Numbered from the stretch's first letter, positions 48,876 through 59,265 are shown. The stretch is DNA of 64,000 nucleotides from an uncultured Actinomycetes bacterium (GCA_963847305.1 CAWJZI010000022.1:20385-84384), one strand, 5' to 3'. Made by a program: numbers and translations. Notes: generated by a model not told the origin, from the sequence alone.

Positions 48876-49799
48876 TCAACCCAGCGAGGAGATGCGCTCG
48901 ACCAGGAGGCTGATGAACGCGTCCGCGTCGATCCCGACCCCGACGTGCGCGTTCGGCTCCCACCCGACCCGCCCGCGGAGGTCGCAGTTCGTGCGGCCGC
49001 GGCCGAGCTCCTCGCCGCAGTCGACCCTCACTCCGACGTGGACCGTCTCGACGATCCCGGGCTTGAAGGCGTGCGCCATCGCGACCGCATCGTGGATCGG
49101 CGAGCCGTCCCAGCCGTAGGACTGCTTGTGGAAACGCCCGTAGAACTCGAGCAGCTCCGCGACCATCGCGCCCACGCGCCCGGCGGCTTTGATCTGCGCT
49201 GTCGGCTCGGGGCCGAAGATCGCCTGGTGCGAGACGTCGAGGCCGATCATCGTCACGTCCAGCCCGCTCTGGAAGACGCGCGCCGCGGCCTCCGGGTCGA
49301 CCCAGATGTTGAACTCGGCCGCCGGCGTGACGTTCCCCTCGCCGTACGCGCCCCCCATCAGCACGATCCGGTCGACCTTCTGCGCCGCGTCCGGGTGCAT
49401 TGCGAGGAAGAGGGCGATGTTCGTCAGCGGCCCGGTCGGGACGATGGTGACGGGCTCGTCCGAGGCCAGGAGGGTCTCGGCGATGAAGTCGACCGCGTGC
49501 CGGGCGACAGGCTTTGTCTTCGGCTCCGGCAGCGTCGGCCCGTCCATGCCGCTCTTGCCGTGAACGTACTCCGCGATGTAGGGCTCGCGGGAGAAAGGCA
49601 CCGGTGCGCCGGCGGCGACCGGGATGTCGGTCCGGTCGACGAACTCGAGCAGCTTCAGCGCGTTGATCGTCGTCTTCTCGAGCGTCTGGTTGCCGTGAAC
49701 GGTCGTGACGCCGAGGAGCTCGACCTCCGGGCTTGCGAGCGCGAGCAGGAGCGCGATCGCGTCGTCGTGACCCGGGTCGCAGTCGAGGATGATCTTCAT
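48876..49799 (-). CDS. nucleoside hydrolase (IUNH family), copy 2 (intact)
   Basis: MKIILDCDPGHDDAIAL, TGPLTNIA and EFNIWVDPEAA. 307 aa. Confidence 0.9.
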   Translation of the reverse strand: MKIILDCDPGHDDAIALLLALASPEVELLGVTTVHGNQTLEKTTINALKLLEFVDRTDIPVAAGAPVPFSREPYIAEYVHGKSGMDGPTLPEPKTKPVARHAVDFIAETLLASDEPVTIVPTGPLTNIALFLAMHPDAAQKVDRIVLMGGAYGEGNVTPAAEFNIWVDPEAAARVFQSGLDVTMIGLDVSHQAIFGPEPTAQIKAAGRVGAMVAELLEFYGRFHKQSYGWDGSPIHDAVAMAHAFKPGIVETVHVGVRVDCGEELGRGRTNCDLRGRVGWEPNAHVGVGIDADAFISLLVERISSLG

Positions 49800-50630
49800 G
49801 ACCCGAGTATCGCGTCTAGCTCCCGCGCGGCGGGGAGCGAGGGTTGCGCGCCGGACCGCGAGGCGGCGAGCGCGCCGGCTGCGCAGGCCCGGCGGAGGGC
49901 TTCGACGCGCGGCCTCTCCTCCAGAAGGGAGACGAGGAGACATGCCGTGAACGCGTCGCCGGCGGCGGTGCCGTCGACCGCATTCACGGCCGGCGGTACC
50001 GCGCGCGCGATCTCCTCTCCGTTCTCGATCAGCACCGCGCCCTCGGGCCCGAGCGTGAGCGCGGTCGAGGCCGTCATGGCGGCCGACGGCCTCGAGCTCG
50101 TACCGGTTGACGACCAGCAGGTCGACCTCGCCGAGCACGTCAGGTGGGAGCTCACGGGCAGGCGCGGCGTTGAGACAGAAGAACCGTGCCTGCCGCGCGG
50201 CCTCGGCCACCGTCTCGACGGGGATCTCCAGCTGGCAGAGCACCGCGTCGGCCCCGGAGACGTCCCCGGCCGCGGCGGAGCGATTCGCCCCCGGCGCGAC
50301 CACGATCTCGTTCTCGCCGTCGCCGCCGACCAGGATCAGTGCGACGCCGGTCGTGTCGGGGACGCGGCGGACGCCCTCGAGATCGACCCCGCCCTCCCGC
50401 AGGAGGACGAGAGCCTCATCGGCGAAGGGGTCGTCGCCGACTGCGCCCACGAGCCGCACCGACGCGCCCAGGCGGGCCGCCGCCAGCGCCTGGTTCGCGC
50501 CCTTGCCGCCCGGGATCCGCTCGAAGGTCGCGTCGGTCAGCGTCTCCCCCGGCCGCGGCAGCCGTTCGGCCCGCGCGACCAGGTCGAGGTTGATCGAGCC
50601 GACGACGGCGATCGCCGGGCTAGGCGGCAA
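49796..50630 (-). CDS. ribokinase/PfkB family sugar kinase, copy 2; one frameshift (near 50078-50088)
   Basis: IAVVGSINLDLV, GGKGANQALAAARLG and DGTAAGDAFTACL. The ATGA overlaps hydrolase copy 2. Confidence 0.85.
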
Positions 50631-51168
50631 GTGCGCGCAGGTCTTCGAGCGTCCGGCCGAGCAGGTTCTCGCGCAGGTCGAACAGGCCGGCCCAGAGCGA
50701 CGAGCGATCCGGCTCCGAGCCGATGTCCGCGGCCGCCCGCAATCCTTCCAGCGCGCGCACCAGGACCGCCAGCTCGAGATACGCCTGCGCGACGCGCACC
50801 GGCGAGACGCTCACGCCCGCGCGCTCCAGGACGTCGTGCCAGTCGCGCAGCTCGCCGGCGCCCGGTTCGCCGTACCAGGAACGGCCCTCGGCGCGCTCGG
50901 GCTCGAGCTCCAGCAGATACCGCCCCAGCGGACGCTCCAGGCCGGAAAGCGCGGTTTCCGCGCGCTCCGCCGCCCGGCGCAACGCGGCCTGCCGCTGCCC
51001 CGCCGTGGAGGGATCGGCCTCCCCTCGCGCCCACCGCTCCAGCAGCCGGCAGAACGAGAGCGCCGCCACCTCGCAGGCCGAGAGCTGCTCGATCAGCCTC
51101 CGCGCCGTCGACGCCTCCGCCGCGTTCTCGGCGAGCACGCCCGCCCAGCCGTCGGCGACCGCGCTCAC
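50620..51168 (-). CDS. hypothetical helical protein
   Basis: 182-aa ORF. Its start overlaps the rnj stop by 1 nt, and its stop overlaps the ribokinase 2 start region. I recognise no family. Confidence 0.5.
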   Translation of the reverse strand: MSAVADGWAGVLAENAAEASTARRLIEQLSACEVAALSFCRLLERWARGEADPSTAGQRQAALRRAAERAETALSGLERPLGRYLLELEPERAEGRSWYGEPGAGELRDWHDVLERAGVSVSPVRVAQAYLELAVLVRALEGLRAAADIGSEPDRSSLWAGLFDLRENLLGRTLEDLRALAA

Positions 51169-52826
51169 TAGACCTCGACGACCACGGGCAGGATCATCGG
51201 CCGCCTCTTCGTCCGGTCGTAGACGAGCTGCCCGACGCCGTCGTGGAGGTGCTCCTGGAGCAGCTTGATCTCGACCACACCGTCTGACAGGCAGTCGCGC
51301 AGTACGGTCTCCGCCTCGATCCGCATCTCGTCCAGCAGCGGCTCGCTCTCGGCGAAGCCACGGGCGACGAGCTCGGCGGTGGCGGTTCGCGAGCCGTTCT
51401 GCGACGCCAGCGTGGCGACGATGATCAGGACGCCGTCCTCGGCCATGTGGCGCCGGTCGCGCAGGGCGACGTCGCCGATGTCCCCCACCCCGAGCCCGTC
51501 CACGAACGTGACTCCGACCTCGACCTGGTCGACGAGCCGCACGCCCTCGGGGCTCAGCTCCACCACCGAGCCGTTCTCGGCGAGGATGATCGAGGACGCC
51601 GGCACGCCCGACTCCTGGGCCATCCGCGCGTTCGCGGCCTGCATGCGGTACTCGCCGTGGATCGGCATCACCGCCCGCGGCCGCACGAGGCCGTACAGCG
51701 TGCGGATCTCCTCCTGCATCGCGTGCCCGGAGACGTGCACCGCCGCGTTCTCCTCGTGCAGCACCTCGGCGCCGGCCTTGGAGAGCTGGTTGATCGTGTC
51801 GTGCACGCGCAGCTCGTTCCCCGGCACCGGGCGCGCGGACAGGATCACCGTGTCGCCGCGCTCGACGGTGACGGTCTGGTGGTCGTGGTAGGCGATCCGC
51901 GTCAGCGCCGACATGGGCTCGCCCTGGCTGCCGGTGCAGAGGATCACCACCTCCTCGGGGCGGTACTCCTCGAGCTCGTTCGGCTGGATCAGCGTGCCCT
52001 CAGGAAGCTCGAGATAGCCGAGATTCCCCGCGATGTTCAGGTTCTTGCGCATCGAGCGGCCGACGACGGCGACCTTCCGGCCGCACGAGACGGCGACGTC
52101 GATCGCCTGCTGCATCCGGTGGACGTTCGACGCGAAGGAGGCGACGAGGATGCGCCCCTGCCGTTGCGGGAAGATCTGGCGGAACGCCTCGCCCACCAAC
52201 CGCTCCGAGCCCGTGAAGCCGCTCCGCTCCGCGTTCGTCGAGTCGCAGAGCAAGAGGTCGATGCCCCGGTTGCCGAGCTCGGCGAGCTTGCCGACGTCCG
52301 TGCGGAAGCCGTCGACGGGCGTGTGGTCGAGCTTCCAGTCGCTCGTGTGGAACACGCGCCCGGCGTCGGTCTCGATCGCGATCCCGACGTTGTCCGGCAC
52401 CGAGTGGGCCATCCGCACGAATTCCAGGCGAAACGGCCCGATCTCGATCGGCCCGGCCTCCGGCTCGATCTCGCGCAGCTCCGCTGCGCGCAGCAATCCG
52501 TGCTCGTCGAGCTTCGACTTGACCAGGCCGAGCGTCAGCCGCGTCGCCCAGACCTCGGGCACCTGCACCTCGCGCAGGAGGTACGGCAGCCCGCCGACGT
52601 GGTCCTCGTGCGCGTGGGTGAGGACAACTGCGCGAACCTGGCCCGGCCGCTCCCTCAGATAGGTGAGGTCGGGCAGCACGAGATCGACGCCGAGATGCTC
52701 GTCGCGCGGGAACGCAAGCCCGGCATCGACCACGAGGCTTCCGTGCTCGTGCTCGAACACGGTCATGTTCTTGCCGATCTCGCCTAGTCCGCCGAGCGGA
52801 ATGACGCGAAGGATTGGACCTGGCAC
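51168..52826 (-). CDS. rnj: ribonuclease J
   Basis: Metallo-beta-lactamase motif THAHEDHVGG plus beta-CASP and C-terminal domains. 552 aa. Confidence 0.95.
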   Translation of the reverse strand: MPGPILRVIPLGGLGEIGKNMTVFEHEHGSLVVDAGLAFPRDEHLGVDLVLPDLTYLRERPGQVRAVVLTHAHEDHVGGLPYLLREVQVPEVWATRLTLGLVKSKLDEHGLLRAAELREIEPEAGPIEIGPFRLEFVRMAHSVPDNVGIAIETDAGRVFHTSDWKLDHTPVDGFRTDVGKLAELGNRGIDLLLCDSTNAERSGFTGSERLVGEAFRQIFPQRQGRILVASFASNVHRMQQAIDVAVSCGRKVAVVGRSMRKNLNIAGNLGYLELPEGTLIQPNELEEYRPEEVVILCTGSQGEPMSALTRIAYHDHQTVTVERGDTVILSARPVPGNELRVHDTINQLSKAGAEVLHEENAAVHVSGHAMQEEIRTLYGLVRPRAVMPIHGEYRMQAANARMAQESGVPASSIILAENGSVVELSPEGVRLVDQVEVGVTFVDGLGVGDIGDVALRDRRHMAEDGVLIIVATLASQNGSRTATAELVARGFAESEPLLDEMRIEAETVLRDCLSDGVVEIKLLQEHLHDGVGQLVYDRTKRRPMILPVVVEV

Positions 52827-52841
52827 CCGAGGAGTGTATCC

Positions 52842-52875
52842 CCGGCCGCCGGACCCCCTGGTCCGCGCCGGCCGG
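52842..52875 (-). terminator. GC-rich hairpin downstream of dapA
   Basis: Imperfect inverted repeat CCGGCCGCCGGACC ... GGTCCGCGCCGGCCGG. Confidence 0.35.
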
Positions 52876-52889
52876 TGTCTGAACTCGGC

Positions 52890-53771
52890 TTACGCTGCGG
52901 CCGGAACCCGGAGCCCCGCGCGCTCCAGGCAGTCGCGCACGCGCGCGAGCTCTTCGTCCGTCGGCGGAACCATCGGCAGGCGGTAGCCGCCCACCTCGTG
53001 ACCGAGCAGGTTCAGCGCGGCCTTGATCGCGATCGGGTTCGTCGTGATCTTCAGCAGGTCGTAGATGGGCTCGAGCTCGTGGTCGATCCGGCGCGCCGCC
53101 TCCTCGTCCCCGTCCTTGTAGGCCCGCACCATCTGCTTCACCTGGGGCCCGACGACGTGCGCGTGGACGCAGATGCCGCCGACGCCGCCGAGACGCAGGA
53201 ACGGGAAGACCAGGTTGTCGTCGCCCGCGTAGAGGTCGAGGCCGGTCTCGACGATCCGCCGCGCCTGGTCGAGATCGTCGTGTGCCTGCTTGACCGCGGT
53301 GACCGTCGGGATCTCGGCCAGCTCCGCGATCGTCTCCGGCTCGATGTTGATCACCACCCGGCTGGGAATGTTGTAGACGACGATCGGCCGGTCACTGACC
53401 TCCGCGATTGCGCGAAAGTGCGCGACGATCGCCCTCGCCGGCGGCTTGTTGTAGTACGGCGTGACGACGAGGAAGCCGTGCACGCCGAGCTCGTGCGCGC
53501 GCGCCGTCAGGTGGACGGAGTGCGCCGTCGAGTAGGTGCCGGTGCCCGCGATCACCGTCGCGCGGTCACCGACGGCGTCGACGGCGGCGGAGAAGAGCTC
53601 GAACTTCTCGTCGTCGCTCAGCGTCGGCGACTCTCCGGTCGTCCCGGAGACGACCAGGCCGTCGGAGCCGTTCTCGACCAGATGCTGCGCCAGGTCGCGG
53701 AACCGGTCGTAGTCGACCGAGCCGTCCTCCTTGAACGGCGTGCAGATCGCCGTCAGGACTTCGCCCAGCAT
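52890..53771 (-). CDS. dapA: 4-hydroxy-tetrahydrodipicolinate synthase
   Basis: GTTGE, YNKP and YNIPSR motifs. 293 aa. Confidence 0.95.
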   Translation of the reverse strand: MLGEVLTAICTPFKEDGSVDYDRFRDLAQHLVENGSDGLVVSGTTGESPTLSDDEKFELFSAAVDAVGDRATVIAGTGTYSTAHSVHLTARAHELGVHGFLVVTPYYNKPPARAIVAHFRAIAEVSDRPIVVYNIPSRVVINIEPETIAELAEIPTVTAVKQAHDDLDQARRIVETGLDLYAGDDNLVFPFLRLGGVGGICVHAHVVGPQVKQMVRAYKDGDEEAARRIDHELEPIYDLLKITTNPIAIKAALNLLGHEVGGYRLPMVPPTDEELARVRDCLERAGLRVPAAA

Positions 53772-53823
53772 CCCGTGATGGTAACCGGCTGGGATGCCGA
53801 AGGCATCCAGGGTGTGCCGCCGG

Positions 53824-53848
53824 GCGTCGCCGGCTGTGCCGGCGACGC
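53824..53848 (-). terminator. perfect 11-bp stem hairpin between dapB and dapA
   Basis: GCGTCGCCGGC tgt GCCGGCGACGC. This could be a terminator, an attenuator or a processing site. Confidence 0.45.
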
Positions 53849-53855
53849 TTCCAGC

Positions 53856-54488
53856 TCAGAGGAGGGCATCGAGGCCAACCGTCAGGCCCGGCGGGAGCCC
53901 GGGAAGCTTCTCCAGGGCGAGCAGCACGCCGGGCACGAAGGACTCTCGCGCGAGCGTGTCGTGGCGGATCGTCAGCAGCTGCCCCTCTCCCGCGAGCAGC
54001 ACCTCCTGGTGGGCGATCAGGCCGGGGAGACGCACGGAATGGATCGACGGGTCGCCGCCCATGCCCTCCGCGGTCGCCCGCGCCGTGCCGGACGGCGCGT
54101 CCTTCTTCGCCTCGTTGTGGAGCTCGATGATCTCGGCCCGCGGCAGGTGCCTGGCCGCCTCGGCGGCGAAGCGCATCATCAGCACCGCGCCGATCGAGAA
54201 GTTCGGCGCGACGAAGACGGGAACGCCACGCTCCTTCGCGAGCGCGTCGACGCGTTCCCGCTCGGACTCCCAGCCGGTCGTGCCGACGACCACCGGCAGC
54301 CCGCGCTCGAGCGCCGCCTCGATGTTCCCCACCACCGCGTCCGGCTGGGTGAAATCGACCGCCGCCTCGCCACCCTCGGGGATCGAGTCCCCGATCTCGA
54401 CGCCCAGCACCTCGTGGCCGGCGTTCTCGAGCCCCTCGGCGACGACCTTGCCGACCTTCCCCTCGTAGCCGAAGACGACGATTTTCAC
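53856..54488 (-). CDS. dapB: 4-hydroxy-tetrahydrodipicolinate reductase
   Basis: VKIVVFGYEGKVGK (NAD(P)-binding), ELHNEAKKDAPSGTA. The GTGA overlaps the M16 peptidase stop. Confidence 0.9.
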   Translation of the reverse strand: MKIVVFGYEGKVGKVVAEGLENAGHEVLGVEIGDSIPEGGEAAVDFTQPDAVVGNIEAALERGLPVVVGTTGWESERERVDALAKERGVPVFVAPNFSIGAVLMMRFAAEAARHLPRAEIIELHNEAKKDAPSGTARATAEGMGGDPSIHSVRLPGLIAHQEVLLAGEGQLLTIRHDTLARESFVPGVLLALEKLPGLPPGLTVGLDALL

Positions 54489-55775
54489 GCCGCGACCGCG
54501 AGCCCCGGGTGGATCCGCTCGATCGCCTCTCCGAAGCGGTCCTCGTCCGGGCCGATCCCCGCCGCCGAGATCCGCGCCGGGTCGAGCAGCACGCCGGCCA
54601 GCTCGGAGAGCGCTACGGGCTCGACCGCGTCGATCTCGGCGATGATCCGGTCGAGCGAGAGCAGCTCGGTGTCGGTGATCAGCGAGCGGCCGAGCCGGCT
54701 CATCCGGTTCGACGTCGACTCCATCGAGAGCGCGATCCGCCCCTTCAGGTTCTCCTTCGCCCGCTCCAGCTCGCGCTCGCGCAGGTTGCCGGCAGCGATG
54801 TCGGCGATCTCGGCGGCCACGATCTCCAGGCAGGACGCGAGGTTCTCCTCGCGTGTCCCGACGTAGATCCCGACGAGGCCCGTGTCGGTGTACTGGGACG
54901 CGAAGCTGTAGACCGAGTACGCCATCCCTCGCTTCTCGCGGATCTCCTGGAAGAGGCGCGAGGACGCCGACCCGCCGAGGATCGCGTCGAGCAGCGATGC
55001 TGCGAACCGGCGGCGGTCGCTGCGCGCGATCCCGGGGGCGCCTACGCAGACGTGGAACTGCTCGGTGTCCTTGCGCTGGAAGCGCATGCTGGGCGCGGGC
55101 TCGCGGACGAGCGGCGTGCGCACCTTCGTCCGCTTCGCCGGCGGCTCGACCCGATGCCGGGCGGACCGCTCCAGCAGGTTCACGACGGTGTCGTGCTCGA
55201 GGTTCCCCGCGGCGGCGAGGACGATGTTCCCGGCCACGTACGAGCCGCGGTGATACGCGGAGACCGAGCGCCGTCCGATCGAGGAGATCACCTCGGCCCG
55301 GCCGATCACGGGACGTCCGAGCGGGTGCTCGTGGAAGACGGCCTCCGAGAACAGGTCGTGGACGAGCTCCTGCGGCGCGTCCTCGACCATCGCGATCTCC
55401 TCCAGCACCACCTCGCGCTCGGAGTCGAGCTCCGCGAAGGTCGGCGAGAAGATCATGTCTCGCCATCACGACGAGCGCGTCCTCGAGATGGCGGTCGGGG
55501 ACGCGCGCGAAGACCACCGTGTGCTCGCGCGACGTCGCCGCGTTCAGCTCCCCACCCATCTCGTCGAAGACCTCGGCGATCTTCTGCGCGTCGTAGGAGC
55601 GCGTGCCCTTGAAGAGCAGGTGCTCGATGAAGTGCGAGACACCCGCCTTCGCGTCGGGCTCGTCGCGCGCGCCGGCGCCGATCCAGAAGCCGAGCGAGAC
55701 CGAGCGGACGCTCGTCAGCCGCTCGGTGATCAGCCGTTCGCCCGAGTCGAGCTCGGAGAGGACGTACTCCTGCAC
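54485..55775 (-). CDS. M16 family (pitrilysin-like) zinc peptidase; one frameshift (near 55458-55465)
   Basis: HxxEH zinc motif HFIEHLLFKG in the N-terminal frame. The remainder (MIFSPTFAELDSEREVVLEEI...) is in ORF 54485..55456. Confidence 0.85.
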
Positions 55776-55812
55776 CGCGCAGAGGGTACTCCTCGTGGAT
55801 AGCTTTCAAGCG

Positions 55813-57283
55813 ATGACGGAAGCCGTCGCCGTTGGTCGCGCCGAGAGTGACCCGAAGCGCTGGTGGGCCCTCGCTCTCCTCTGCTCGGCGTATTTCATGG
55901 TCATCCTCGACGTCTCGATCGTCAACGTCGCGCTGCCGTCGATCCAGAAGGACCTCCATTTCTCGCAGGGCGACCTTCAGTGGGTCCTCTCCGCGTACGC
56001 GCTGACCTTCGGCGGCTTCCTGCTCCTCGGCGGGCGCGCGGCCGACCTGCTCGGGCGCCGGCGCGTGTTCATGGTCGGCGTCGCCCTGTTCACGGCCGCC
56101 TCGCTGGCCTGCGGTCTCTCCAACTCCGAGGGGATGCTGATCGCGGCCCGCGCGGTGCAGGGCCTCGGCGCCGCGATTCTCTCGCCGGCGGCGCTCTCGA
56201 TCATCTCGACGACGTTCGCGGAGGGCTCCGAGCGGAACAAGGCGCTCGGGATCTGGGGCGCGATGGGCGGCAGCGGCGCCGCCGTCGGCGTGCTGATGGG
56301 CGGAGTGCTGACGAAGTGGCTCGGGTGGGAGTGGATCTTCTTCGTCAACATCCCGGTCGGCGTCGCCGTCCTCCTGCTCGTCCGTTCGGTCGTACGCGAG
56401 AGCCGGTCCGAGCACGCGGTTCGCCAGTACGACGCGCTCGGCGCGGTGCTGATCACGAGCGCGCTCGTCCTGCTCGTCTACGCCCTCACCCGCGCGAACG
56501 TGAACGGCTGGGGCTCGGCCGAGACCATCGGCGTGCTTGCCGTCTCGGCAGTCCTGCACATCGCGTTCGTCGTCGTCGAGCTGCACTCGAAGGCGCCGCT
56601 CGTGCCGCTCGGGATCTTCGCGCGCCTCCGAACGCTGACCGGCGCGAACGTCGTCGCCTTTCTGCTCGGCGGCCTCACCTTCGCGATGTTCTTCATGCTC
56701 TCGCTCTACATGCAGCAGGTGCTCGGCATGTCGGCCCTTCAGGCCGGTGCCGGGTACCTCGCCGTCGCGCTGACCGCGATCGTCTCCGCAGGCGTAGCGC
56801 AGGCGATGGGGGGGGGGGGCGCAGGCCACGGTGACGAAGATCGGGGTCAAGCCGGCGATGACCTTCGGGCTCGTGCTGATGACGCTCGGGAACGTCTGGT
56901 TCACCCAGGTCTCCGCCGACGGCTCGTACGCGGTCGACCTCCTGCCCGGGTTCTTCGCGATCGGGATCGGCCTCGGCTTCTCGTTCGTGCCGGTGTCGAT
57001 CGCCGCGCTGGCGGGGGTGGCGCCGCAAGAAGCCGGCCTCGCATCCGGGCTGTTCAACACGTCCCAGCAGATCGGCGGCGCACTCGGCGTCGCGCTCTTC
57101 TCGACCGTCTCGACCAATCGCACACAGCATCTGCTCGCCGAGGGTGAGAGCCGCGCGCAGGCGCTGACCAGCGGCTTCGCCCTGTCTTTCTGGGTCGCGG
57201 TCGGCTTCGGGGTCGCGGCGCTGCTGGCGGCGCTGCTGATGGTCCACGGCGAGGAGCTCGCGACGGTTCCGGCGGAGGCGTAG
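55813..57283 (+). CDS. MFS transporter, DHA2 (EmrB/QacA, 14-TMS) family; frame broken at a G12 tract
   Basis: LDVSIVNVALPSIQ and GRAADLLGRRRVF motifs. The C-terminal 150 aa (VTKIGVKPAMTFGL...) are in the +1 frame after 56808-56819. Confidence 0.85.
56808..56819 (+). repeat. homopolymeric G12 tract inside the MFS coding sequence
   Basis: gcgatGGGGGGGGGGGGcgcagg. Removing one G gives a continuous ~490-codon ORF (...AQAMGGGAQATVTKIG...). Confidence 0.95.
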
Positions 57284-57293
57284 GCAAAGCGTC

Positions 57294-59244
57294 TCAGACG
57301 ACGAGCACGACCATCCACCTGAGCCTGACGCCTCGGTAGCGGTCGCGGACCGTGACGGCGACAGTGTGACGGCCTCGCCCGAAGACGACCGAGACGCGGC
57401 GCGTCACCGTCTGCACACGGTGCCCGTCCACCGCCCAGGCGTAGCGCAGCACGTCCCCGTCGCGGTCGACCGCCCGCGCCACGTACCTCACGCGCACGCC
57501 GTGCCTCACCCGCCGCGGTCCACGGAGCGCAACCTCTGGAGCGCTGTTCGGAAGGCGGAAGGGTCCGAAGATCGCCGGTGTCGACTCGGCCCAACTGATC
57601 CTGCGCAGTCGCGGTGTAGGTGTAGGCTCGGTGTCCACGGAGTCCGCGATCGAGGCAGTCTCCACCCGTCGTCCGGCACACGATCTCGTTGTCCCGGCGG
57701 ACGACGATCGCGACGACACGGGGGTCGACCGTCCGCGCTACCTGGACGCGGAGCGTGCCGGTGCCCGCGGCGGTGGCAGAAACCGAGGCCGGCGGGGCAG
57801 GCCTCAGGAGATCCGCCAGCATGTTGCGGACGAACTGCTGCAAGGCAGGAAGCGGCGAGGTCGGGCGGCCCTGCGTCGGGGGCGTGAACGCATCGAGGCC
57901 CCAGGCGAACCGCATGGAGCCCGAGCTGAACACGCGCGCCCCCGAGTCGGCGACATAGCGGACGCTGTTCGCGCCGATCGGCGGGCCTGTGTAGTCGAAG
58001 AGGACCTTCAGGCTCGGCTTCACGCAGCCGTCCGGCGGTGCCGCCGGCAACGTGTCCCATTCGGGGCCGACGACGCCCGGAACGACCATCCCCGGCGCGA
58101 GTCCGGTCCCCACGAACCACGGATCGTCCGCAGGCGCACGCGCGACGTAGTCGAGCGACGGAGCGCTGCCGCTGGTCAGGCCGCCTTGGAACATGACCCC
58201 GAGGAGCTGGCACTCGGGCCGGTCGAGCTCCCGGAACAGCAAGGTTCGCAGCGTCGGGTCGTGCTCCGGGTCTGCCGCTGACTTGTAGGCGACGATCGTG
58301 CGTTCCTGGTTCTCGTAGCGAATCTGCCAGTAGCCGACGTTCGCACCGAAGAACGCGATGTTCGTCCCTGCATCCCGCGCCCGCTCGAAGGCGTCGCGCA
58401 TTCGGCTCGACCAGTACTCGCCATGGCCGGCGACGATCACGAGCCGATAGCGCGAGGAGACTCGCCGGATCGCGGTGCGTGTCGACGTCGGTCTGGTAGG
58501 CGACGTCGTAGCCCTCGCGCTCGAGGAATCGGAAAAGGTGCATCTCCCACTCGAGGGGCTGAAGGTAGGCCGGCGCGAACGGCCGCTCGAACGAAACGCG
58601 GTCTGCCCGACCCCCCGCGCTGTTGTCGTCGTACAGGCTCTTTCCGCCCCATGGGTTGTACGCCTGCCACGTGTTGACCGGAACCTCGACGAGAATCGGA
58701 GCGGGCCGCGAGGAAAGGGCGCGCACGACGAAGATCGTCGCCCCGACGCCGCTCCGCCCGCCCGCCTGGAAGCGGGCGAGGTAGTAGCCACTGACCCAGT
58801 CGCTCTGGAACGGTCAGCTCGCTCGTCACCGGCCAGCCCGCGCCGGTGGCGGCCGAGCTGCGCGGCTGCGGGTCGCGCCGTTCCGCCGAACGAGGCTACG
58901 AGCCTCGCTCCGAGACCGCCGTACCAGCCGAGCCGGTAGACGTCGACGGTGTAAGGGCCGGTCTGCTCGGAGGCGACGTGGAAGTGGACCGTCTCTCCTG
59001 GCAGCACACTCACCTCCGAGGTGTACCCCTCCACGGTCGTCGAGCCGGAGAGCGAGTCCGCCCACCCTCCGGTCCCCTCTCGGCTGTTCTCGAGGACAAC
59101 GGGATTCGGGGGGTTCTGTGCAGCGCCCTCGGCCGACGCGCCGATGGACGCCACGGCGAGCAGCAGGGCGACGTCGAAGCGCACATTGTGTCGGGCAGGG
59201 CGGAAGGGGCTCACGCCACGGCGGTCCCGCCCGAGGGGTGCCAT
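57294..59244 (-). CDS. secreted N,N-dimethylformamidase beta-subunit-like family protein with C-terminal Ig/PKD-like domain; four frameshifts as sequenced
   Basis: ENSREGTGGW, YRLGWYGGLGARLV / WPVTSELTVPE / DWVSGYYLARF...VNTWQAYNPWGGKSLY...FLEREGYDV / YRLVIVAGHGEYWSSRMRDAFERARDAGTNIAFFGAN... / final beta-rich domain. Frame breaks are near 58875-58885, 58805-58815, 58450-58462 and 57588-57600. Confidence 0.65.
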
Positions 59245-59265
59245 AGAAGGGATTGTATGTCGACC

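Noticed and set aside
48876-50630. 584-aa ribokinase-nucleoside hydrolase fusion
   Set aside because: The kinase C-terminus (…DGTAAGDAFTACL…AILGS*) is in another frame that stops at 49796, overlapping the hydrolase ATG 49799 (ATGA). The ~95 linking residues are out-of-frame Arg/Gly-rich sequence.
55453-59244. 1263-aa minus-strand ORF
   Set aside because: It is a composite. It includes parts of the DMFase-like gene in one of its frames, antisense of the MFS gene, and out-of-frame sequence over the M16 peptidase N-terminus.
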